DNA of 64,000 bases. Source: the human T2T-CHM13v2.0 reference genome, Homo sapiens. Made by a program: the position numbers and the translations under genes. This document shows, one piece after another, positions 27,346-38,237 of this stretch; position 1 is the stretch's first letter, and every line of letters begins with the position of its first letter. Below the pieces are notes generated by a model. The model made no database searches. It saw only the letters and a list, made by a program, of their open reading frames with translations, and was not told the origin of the DNA. The DNA is taken from assembly GCF_009914755.1 (NCBI RefSeq), contig NC_060926.1; one strand, 5' to 3'.

Positions 27346-28074
27346 TGTCTGAATTCTTGGTGGAACTTACAGAATTATCATCATTTGAGGTTACAGCCAT
27401 CAGAACTTCACAATAAACTAAATATCATTTTTGGAGGAATTATACATAATTAAAATATTTGTAGCCTGCATCATCAGTGGTAGTTGCCAAGACTGTGAGA
27501 GATGAAGATATATATATATATATCTTCATCTTGTGGCACCTAGAACCAACTAATAAGCCCCTAGGGAGAATGCTAAATGGCTATGATTTCCTCATGCCCT
27601 GGAGTTATAGCTGAGGCTAAATTACAGCTGTAGAAACCGAAAAGCTGGAAACAGAAGCCATCAGCCCAGCATGCTCTTCCCAAGGCACTCGGTTCTGGAA
27701 GTCTGAAGGCCCTGGAGTGGAGCTTTAAGCCACACTTGGACTAAGAAAAGGGATATAATTTGTGAATGCCCTAAACATTGAAGGCTTTTATTATTTGAAC
27801 GCTTTGATTATTTGAAGGCTTTTATTAAAATTTAAAAAACACAATTTTCAACTAATTAATGGATTAGTTTATTTTATCATTCAGAAAGCAGTATAAACCT
27901 GTGTATATAAAAAGTCTCCTTAAATTTATCCTCCATGTTTTTATTGGTTTTAAGCACATAAATACATAAAAGTGCCTACACGGCATCTCTCCCCTTCAAA
28001 CATAGATTGCAATACTTATACAATGGTAAAAGTTGGATGTATACCTTTCCAGAAATGTATGTAATGGAATACAC

Positions 28075-28092
28075 AGAGAGAGAGAGAGAGAA

Positions 28093-28135
<43 letters not shown>
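28075..28135 (+). repeat. (GA)n microsatellite
   Basis: Interrupted AG dinucleotide run. Confidence 0.97.
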
Positions 28136-28137
<2 letters not shown>

Positions 28138-28699
28138 ATTCTACATATATTGTTCTGTCATGAGTTTTGTTTCATAATACATGTGGACAAATTAATACAT
28201 AATGGCCTTTTCATTCTGTTTATTGCTTATATAATATTCTTTGCACAGATGCATTATGAATAATTTAAACATTCTTTTCCTGATATACACGCAGACTTGA
28301 CATCGTTTGTTATTTTGGCTAAGTCCAACTCTCCTGCAGTGGATATTCTTTTATGCCTTTGCATGCATTCTGGGGAAAGACTGTTTGAAGTAGTTACTAA
28401 AGGGTGTGTACAAATTGCCGTCCAAAAATGCATTTTTATCCACAATACATGTCTTCTCATTCTTACCAGCTCTAGATGTTTTGTTTTGTTTTTGAACTTG
28501 TCAGTCTGAAAATTAAAAATGGCATTTAATTTTACTAATATTTGTGTTTTTCTAATTACTAGTGAGCTTGAGTATATTTAATATCTTTATGTCGTGGAAA
28601 TGAATTTACTGTCGAGTGAGCTTTCCTCTGATCCATGCCCACAATATGAAAACCAGTTTCTCTGATTACAAGAAAACAGAGGAGTATGTGTGTGGCCTG

Positions 28700-28735
28700 G
28701 TGTGTGTGAGTGTGTGTGTGTGTGTGCGTGTGTGT
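28700..28735 (+). repeat. (TG)n microsatellite
   Basis: Imperfect TG run. Confidence 0.95.
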
Positions 28736-29287
28736 AACACCTACTGCAGATAAGCAAGGCCTCGTTGGCATTTTCATTGTGTTTGCTCTGGGTATTCATT
28801 TCTGCAAAAGCACACCTTTTTCTAAATAAAACTAAATTCATCATAGGTCTTTTATTTCTAATTTGGAAATATTTTAGAATTTCTCAAAGTATCATAAAAT
28901 AATTTAGAAATTATTTTAGAATTTCTCATAAATACCATTCAAACTCCTAAAGAATATGGAGAAAGATATATTATAAAACAAGAACTTAGAAGCTCTACTT
29001 TAGAGGAATTTTTAAGCATGAAATCATGTCTAGTTCCCAATTCTAAAAAATAGCCCTTGACTCAGTCAGCCCACAGACATTAAGCATTTGTGACATGCCA
29101 CAAGTAGGCTGGTATGGAGATTCAGAAACGAAGGGGATATTCTCTACCTTCCTGGAGCCCTCCAGGGGAGGAGGAAGTGAAAAGTAGAGATAAGCATAAT
29201 ACAGTGCCTGAATGCTATAAATATTGAGTGTAGTGGCAACCCGAGGAAGGGGAGTGTTTGGGACCTGCTGCCTGCTTTATTGTCTCT

Positions 29288-30362
29288 TGTCACAGGAGGA
29301 AAAATAATTTTCTCCTGTGACAAGAGAATAAAACCTCAGGACCTTCCAAATTTACTATGCCAAGGGGGAAAGTTAAACCTTGAAAACGGGCTTGCATAAC
29401 ACAACTGTTTTTCTTCTCTGGTTCCTGACTACTGCTTACTGACCTTTGCGTTGAGACTTTATACCTTGACCAGACTCCCTGTTCTTCATTCAAACCTAGA
29501 CTAGATGACATGAAGATAGAGACCCTTGTGACTATTACCCTTTATGACAGAATGTTAAGCAAGCCTTTTAGAGTGTAATCAATAGTAGCCAATCAAATCT
29601 TATATCTGTATGTTAGCCTTTGTACGGAAAATGTTATAGTTCAGCCCCTCCATTTTTGCTTATAGAAACAATCCTCATTTTTCCCCCACACTAGGAGCAC
29701 TGATCACTATTCTTTGGTGTAATTCTGCTCCCTTGTCAGCTGCCCTACCTTTGTGCTTGAGTAAACTCTTTTAACCGGATGCTGAGCCTTTTGACTGTTT
29801 TATGTTGGCATTCGCTACCCTTCATAGTTCTTAGCTGGGACAAATCCCTGTAACAAAAGAAAGATTCACAAGAGAAAAACAAACAGAAGTTTAATAACAT
29901 GTATACTTCATGTGTACATAGAAGATATCCAGGGAAAATGAGTAAATCTCAAAGAAGTGGCTTAAATTTAGGCTTAAATGCCATCTTCAGCTGAAATGAT
30001 AAGAGTATTTGGGTAAGGAGCAGTTAATGGGAAGATGACCACAGAAGCACAGGAAGCAGGATAAGTTTTGTTATGCAGGTTGGTCCATGTCTTCTCTATA
30101 GATGAGCGTTTCTAGTGACTGAGAGTCATCCTTCCCTTCCTGCTACGGAGAAGAAGACATTCTTACAAATGGATGTTTCCTTTATAGATATAAATTGCTC
30201 TTGTGAAAGGACAACTTCTACTGTTTTCAGAGCTTCTTTTATCTTTGCTGTTGCCCAAATTAATCAGTTCAAAATAATCCTTATGCTAAAGAGGCATATT
30301 TTGGGGTGGCATATTCTGGTCTCCTACAGTCATATTTTGTTGTGGTACATACTAAACACCAC
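29288..30362 (-). mobile_element. MER34-like ERV1 solo LTR, split by a nested LTR
   Basis: aaaataatccttatgctaaagaggcatattttggggtggcatattctggtctcctaca. The far end ggaggaaaaataattttc (29288-29315) continues at 29811 ...ctacccttcatagttcttagctggg. Confidence 0.8.
29316..29810 (+). mobile_element. MER4-group ERV1 solo LTR (subfamily uncertain) nested in MER34
   Basis: TG...CA termini; aataaaacctcaggacc...ctatgccaagggggaaagttaa; CCAAT motif (agccaatc); gcttgagtaaactc poly(A)-signal region. Confidence 0.75.
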
Positions 30363-30649
30363 TACTCCGTAACAGCTCATATGCTGAACACCACTATGCA
30401 GCAACAGCTCATATATTAAATACCACTACTCCATAACAGCTGTAAAATTCTGTCTAAAAAGAAATCTGCTTTTTGTGGGTGCATGTGTGCATGCTTGTAT
30501 GTGTGTGTTTGCATGTACTAAACATTTATTGAATTCGCTGATCTACAAAATGTATGACCAACTTCCATCCAGAAATTTTAATAAGATTGCACCATACCAA
30601 AAGCCAGAGAATCAGGAGATAGATTACAGACTATGCTGTAATTCAACTA

Positions 30650-30994
<345 letters not shown>

Positions 30995-32831
30995 AATAAA
31001 GGCTAAAGTTCCACATTTGCAATGAGTTGCTACAACCAGCAAAAAAATTAAGGTTTTTTTCAGATGCTAGCAGTCACAGAGGTGAAGGTGCAGGAATCAG
31101 AATGGAGAGATCATTAGGAGCAAAGAAAGCAGGCATTAAGATAGAATGAATCACCAAAGCTGATAACACTTGAAGCCCCTGATTTCAATTTTAATGATTC
31201 CTGGCATGGTTGAAAATAGTTGACATACTGTTCCTCTATTATATTTGTGTTTTCCTGCTGCCTTCACTCTTTCAGACAGAGGGAGTAGAGCTACAAATAT
31301 TAAAAGAAAAAAATTTTTTTGCAGTATTTTAAAAAAAGCTAAGTTAAAAGTGCTGAACATTTTGCAAAAACTTGTCCTTGTCAGTTCTGGAAACTCAAGG
31401 GTTCCATGTAATTCGAGTAAACAAAGAACACCTTTCACTGACACTTTCTTTCTTTTTTTTTTTTTTTTCCTGTCTCACTCATTCCAGTAACATTTTGGTC
31501 CTTGCATTCCTGAACATCTTCCTGGGAACCCACCGTTTCTTCTTATTACTGGTCTATTGCTGTGCTTTATAAACCCCTTAAAGAAGCTTTGAACACTCTG
31601 AAGAACTGAATAATATATCTCAGAGGAAAGGTATAGACTAAATTGACTACTGCAAATAGTTTGCACAGAAAAGTAATGTTTGGAAAAATAGATTGGGGTC
31701 TCAGTATTGGGGCATGGAATGTTTGGTTGTGGAGTTTAGAGCTTATTGAATAGGCCTCAGGGATACACACTTAAAAAGTAATGCTTTGGTGAGATTAATC
31801 AGATGTAAACCTAGAGAATGACTGTAGGATGGGGATAGGAGAAGATGCTGAAGACAGACTATTACAACAATATGTGTTATAGAAATATTATATAATACTA
31901 CAGAAATATTGCAGAAATACTATTGCAGAAATATAGAAATGTGAGTTGCAAATTCATATTTGAAATATTGTCGAAAGGGAAGATTAAGAACACATGTAGA
32001 GTCATAATTCAATCATTAAGCTTTTTATTTGACATTTGTGTTGCATGATTTGAGAAGATTCAAAGATGTATCAAGCCTGTTTTACCCTGTAACAGCTTCT
32101 ATAACTAATTGAAACTTTTGTATAAAATTTATTCAAGCACAACCTGCTGAAGAAAGCTTTCTCTGATACCATGCAACATTGAGAGTGATGCTCAGCTTGA
32201 TGCTTTCAGAATCTTGGTGGTTTCTATCATCAAGTGCTCTTCACACTGTAATCATGATCTCTTTATATGTATACTATCCACTTTACACGGTGAGGCCCTT
32301 GAAGGAAGGAACTATGTCTCATTTATGTAGGTACCTCAGAGAAAGTAGTGCAGTGCCTGCAACAGAGGACGAATCAGCATTAGCCAAAGGAATGATGGCT
32401 GCAAGTATGGGAAGAAACACAATTCTGGTACAAAGTGTTGTCAATACCGTTGGGTAAAAAAAGTATTATTGCTTGTATAAGAGCTGGGCAAGTGTTGGAA
32501 AACCAGAAGAATGGTAATTTTTCTGTGAAGAAATTGAGTTCATTTAATTACATGTTGCATGTGAAGAGATATTTGCTGTCTGGCAAAAATGTAAAGAAGT
32601 CAAGTCAAAAGCACAGCACTATCAAGGACGGAAAGCTCTACACAGATTTGGAGAAGGAAAATTAAGTGTTAGATTTAAAGAAAGAAGAAAGGGCCTAAGG
32701 AATGAGGGAATAAAGGAGCAGCATTAAAAATCAAAGAGATTAAAAATATGTAGGAAGTTGAATACAAGATAAATTGGACTGTAAAGGTCAGTTTGGAGAC
32801 AGAGCAATCAGAGGATTCTGGAGACCAATTT

Positions 32832-33138
32832 CTTTTCTTTTCTTTTTTTTTTTTTTGCGATGGAGTTTCACTCTTGTCACCCACACTGGAGTGCAGTGGT
32901 GCAATCTCAGCTCACTGCAACCTCCGCCTCCAGGTTCAAGCGTTTCTCCTGCCTCAGCCTCCTGAGTAGCTGGGACTACAGGTGCCCGCCACCACGCCCA
33001 GCTAATGTTTGTGTTTTTAGTAGAAATGGGGTTTTACCCTGTTGGCAAGCCTGGTCTTGAACTCCTGACCTCAGGAGATCTACCCATCTCGGCTTATCAA
33101 AGTACAGGGATTACAGGCATGAGTCACTGCCCCCAGCC
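32832..33138 (-). mobile_element. AluSq-like
   Basis: Antisense Alu; imperfect TSD GAGACCAATTT / GAGGCCAATTT. Confidence 0.96.
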
Positions 33139-34252
33139 CCAGAGGCCAATTTTTACGCAGTGTTGATCTTATGGCATTGGGCACACCTGCTGCTCAAAAA
33201 GATATAGCAACCAGGGCATGGAGCGTCAATGTAGCAGTCTAGAGAGCAGCTAGGGTTGTAGAAGTTGCTTTTCAAAGGACAGTCCCAGATGGATTTATAG
33301 ATGCCATTCAGTTATTCATTATTGCAACATTTTTTAATGTTTATTGGCTAACACCGTTTGAGAAACTGAATTGGCTTTAACACATTTTTGCTAAATAAAT
33401 GCTAGATGCTTTGAACATTACACAAGTAAGATACATGCTCTATAACTCTAATTCTAAGTAAAACATGAAGATTTTAAGGGACAGAGAGGACCAGTTAGAA
33501 CACCATGAAAAGGCATCAGTTGATTTGATGCTGAAAGATAAATAACATCCTAGCAAATAGAATTTGGGAAAAGGAATTGTGAAAGAGAAATCTAGACATC
33601 AGGAAATGCAGGAATAGACATTTTATACCAGAAAATAGTACATGTGTCTAAGAAAATGGTAGGAGTTCTGTTTAGTAAAATAATAGGACATGTGCGTAAC
33701 CTCCATTAAAATGAAGATTCTATTGGTGAGATACTCACTTCATACCAAGTGAAAGGCCGATGCAGTTCAAGGTTGATAAATGTACATAATAAGTAAGCAG
33801 TCATTCTGCACACATTTATGAAAATGCCCTTAGAGAATTTATCCCTCTCCCATAGCTCGTCCTGTGCTTTTCACACTGAGCCTCAATTTTATTCACAAAG
33901 ATCGTGATAAAAAGCAACTAGTGGAACTGAAAGTCATTAAATCTGAAAACAGCCTTGGACCAGGTAGAGAAACCAGGAGCCAGCCAGGCTTTCCTTCTGC
34001 TTAACAATGTGACTTTGGAGATACTTGATAAGAGAATTCTGAGTATCAATTTCCCCATATGTTAAAACAGTATTGAGCTAAATGATAGCTTCAATTCTTT
34101 CTGGCCCTGAATAGTTGTAAGTTTATTTCTGTTTTTTGTTCACATTTGTTTAAAGACACAGAAAGAAAGTGCATGATCTGGACAAAGCAGTACCTTCTGA
34201 TGATGTTTTCTTTCCCCCAGATGATTCATATAACTACATAATGGGATATTTA

Positions 34253-34599
<347 letters not shown>

Positions 34600-36030
34600 C
34601 TAGCATCCTATAATTCTATAGATTGAGTAATGACATAGTAACAAATTCACTATTGCAGAACTGGGGTGGGAGTTCCACTCCCTGGGCAAATTAAATCCAC
34701 CCAAGTCATCAGACCTTTAATTTTCATTTTAAAGTGAGAAAATACACAAGAAATCATCTAAAAATATAATTACAGGGTGAAATAAATAAGGCAGAGTATG
34801 TGTGTGTATGTGTGTATTTTAAGTTACTCTTTTCAGAATAAATGGCTTTAGGAAATTATTTTTGTGGAATGAGTTTCTCTACTATCAAGGAGACTTCCCT
34901 CTACTGTATTCAAATTTAGGTAAAATAATAGGTAAAAGTGCATATTCCAGTACTAAACTAATAAGCAATCAGAAGGAAAAATAGATTTCAGCCGTTATGC
35001 CCATAGAATGAATTTGATTGCTGAAGGTGGTATCTTCAGGATCCTGTTATTGTTACTTTTGCTGAAATAATAGGCCAGATTTTATTTTATAAAAGAAAAC
35101 TATAGATTTTTCTTCTAAGTTCAGACTTGCCAGCTAGTTCTACTGTTATTATTCTGAAGTGCATAAAGTCCTCATTAACTGATGCCAGCTGACCGGGAAG
35201 CACGTTGATAGATGCCTTCTTACTGGTGGGGAAGTTCACTTAACATCTGTACTTGGACGTGCAGGCGGGTGCTTGGCAGGTGACAGCCTGCAATGGGTGC
35301 TGTCATGCTATAAGCAAGCAGGCTGCAGAGCCAGAGTTTAGCTTCTGTTTAGCTCTCTTTCCCAGCATAATGTGTGCAAAACACAAGTGATGAAATTGAT
35401 GCACAGCGCTGTGTGTTCCTACACCACTGCATTATATGAATAAGGAACATGGAACAAAATGGCAACATTAAGGGTATGTCAGATTATTTCGCAGAAATCT
35501 GTTCCTTTTTCCCCTGCAGTCAAACCCACAGCATTCTATCTCAGAAATGAATATAGAGGATTCTGTTAGATTTTGCCTTGAGGTTTGTATTTGTCCCAAA
35601 GAGAAAAGGAGACTTATTTAGAGGACTGGTTGTGCAGAGTTGAGGACATTAGCCTTTCTCTCAGGCATTATGAGATGTCAGCATGATTCTGCAACTCGGA
35701 CTTCACAATATCAAGTGTTCGCATATTTCTGGAAAATGTGAAAGTAGGCAGCCAGAAAGTTATTTAAAATATGAAGAATTTACGTGAAAATTTTTCTTGG
35801 GTCCAAATCCACCAATTGGTTAAAAGGTTTACCCAAACTGTGTGCATCCAGATATTCCACTGACAAATATCCATTCATTCACTCATTTATACATTCACTG
35901 CACAAATATCTATTAAATACCTGGTACAACAGAAAAATTAAGAGAAAGTCCTGCTTTTATGAAGTTTATATTCTAGAAGATCCTTGTGATTTTAGCATTT
36001 TTATAATTTAAACATTTTTCATAGATTTGC

Positions 36031-36356
36031 TGATATGTTTGGCTTTGTGTTCCCACCCAAATCTCATCTTGAATTGTACTCCCATCATTCCCATGTGTTG
36101 TGGAAGGGATCTGGTGGGAGATAATTGAATCGTGGGGGTAGTTTCCCCCATACTGTTCATGTGCTAGTGAATAAGTCTCAGGAGATCTGATGGTTTTAAC
36201 AGGGGGTTCTGCTTTTGCATCTTCCTCTTCTTTCTCTTGCTGTTGCCATGATTCTGAGAATTCCCCAGCCATGTAGAACTGTAAGTTCAATTGAACTTCT
36301 TTTTCTCCCCAGTCTTGAGTATGTCTTTATCAGCAATGTGAAAACAGACTAATACA
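36031..36356 (+). mobile_element. THE1A/B MaLR solo LTR
   Basis: TGATATGTTTGGCTTTGTGTTCCCACCCAAATCTCATCTTGAATTGTA ... GTGAAAACAGACTAATACA. Confidence 0.95.
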
Positions 36357-38237
36357 GTTGTATACCTACACACACACATGCACACACATGCACACACGCA
36401 AAGGCACACCTACACGTAGTGTTTTCATCAGCTAGGGTCTTAATAGGAAGAAATAACAGAAATAGGAAGCAATAAAAAAACTGACTGCAGTTTGTTTAAA
36501 CTAAAAACAAATTGTTGAAAGGGTATTGAGTAGTTCATAGAATTGTAGAGAATGCTAGGTAACCAGGTTTAGATATGAGGCAGGAATATAGAACCACAGC
36601 CAGTAAATACTACAGAGCCAGCAAGGGAAGACTCTGCCATCACTGCTGATGAACAAACAATATTGTAGCTTCAACCCTGGAGACTGGATGTTGCCACTGA
36701 AAACCATAAGCTCTTGCATCTGGGCTTTCAAAGTTATTGCTTCCAATCTGCCTGTTTCTTAGGATCACAGACTATGATGCAAGTCTCAGGGAGGCAAGTT
36801 TGATTGGTTGGGCCTGGTCTGAGTGAACCAAAAGTTGAGTCTTAGTGAAATACACACTGCATTTGGTCAAATGTCAGCGGTTGTGAAAAAGGTAGCTACC
36901 TGCACCCTCATCCCCATTTTATTGTATCTTCATGAGACAGGACATGTTTGATTTTACCTCTGTCATCTCAGTTTCTAGCATAACACAGGCCACATGGAAC
37001 ATATTTATTAAATGTAGGAATGGAATCATTTATTAGGTGTGGTGGTGAAGGTAGCTTTATACTCATGCCACACATTTGCATTTTTTTTATTTTCTCTGAG
37101 GTTTGAGTTAGCTCCTAATGCTTTACCTAGGTTTCTAAAGGCTTAGACTAGGATGAGTCTTTGGTCTCTTCCAGATCATATCAGGATTCAGGGGCCTTTG
37201 AGCTCCTTTGAGAGATAACTGAGTGTTGAGTGGACTCTGAAAGGAATTTTTCATCCAGGGAAAGAAGTCCACAGAGGAAACAAGGCAGAGACAGCAGAGC
37301 TGCTGCTGCCGGAGGCCTGAAAACTATCAACTCTTTCTGACTCTCCTCTGAGACTGGGCAACAAGTGTGGGTCCACACCATTCTTGTAACTGTTTAGGAT
37401 GGGTTATGCTGCCCTGAAAAATTCACCTTGAGATTCAGGGTGGTCTGCATGGGAAGAAAAGAATGGTGCAATATTAGTGTCCCATATTCAAGGAGGCTTA
37501 GTTCTTGAAAGGCTCATTATTCAGAGCAGACATTTAATCAGAGGGAGTTGAGTGTTAAGGTCAAACTCCTTGAGATGAGCCACTGTGAGGAGACTCTTCT
37601 ACTTTTCAAGCTAATTTCATGTGTGCCATAAATCTTGGAAAGTTAAAAAGAGGGCGGGATTTGCTAGGTAGTCAATTTAGCAACATTTTCTTACAACTTT
37701 AAGACATTTTTTTCTTTACTATTAGAGAACTATTTAGAACCTTTAGGACTCTAATTATCATGCACACAGCTTGGAAGAAATTAACCAACAAAGTTCAGAA
37801 AGCAAAAAGTTTATAAGACATAATTTAATGCACTTTATATATTTAAACAGCAACAATGAAATGCTATCCTCCTGTGATGTAAAGTTCTCTCTTTCCACCT
37901 TCTAAATATAAAAAAACGTGGCTCTCATATACAAATACAAACACACACATGTGCACACGTGAACACACATGCATACACATGGACACACATGTACCTCACA
38001 AACCATATTAAGAAGAACAAGAGAAAAAATAATCCAATTTATGTGGTGCTTACAATGCCAGACTAAGGAGGTGCTTTTACTTGCCTTCTAATTTATTAAT
38101 CACATAGCAAAGTTGACGGTAATGTACTAAAATTACTGTTTTTTTTTTTGTAGAATATAGCTTAGAATCAAAGAGGTTGCATATGCTTTTCAAGCCAATG
38201 CAGCTAATAAATGACAGAATCAATATTTGATAATGAA

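Noticed and set aside
30346-30441. CRISPR-like 32-bp periodicity
   Set aside because: Head-to-tail tandem units without unique spacers, in mammalian DNA with no cas genes.
36365-36415. CA/TG-rich runs as Z-DNA elements (also 37940-37990, 42435-42485)
   Set aside because: Short, interrupted and ubiquitous in the genome.
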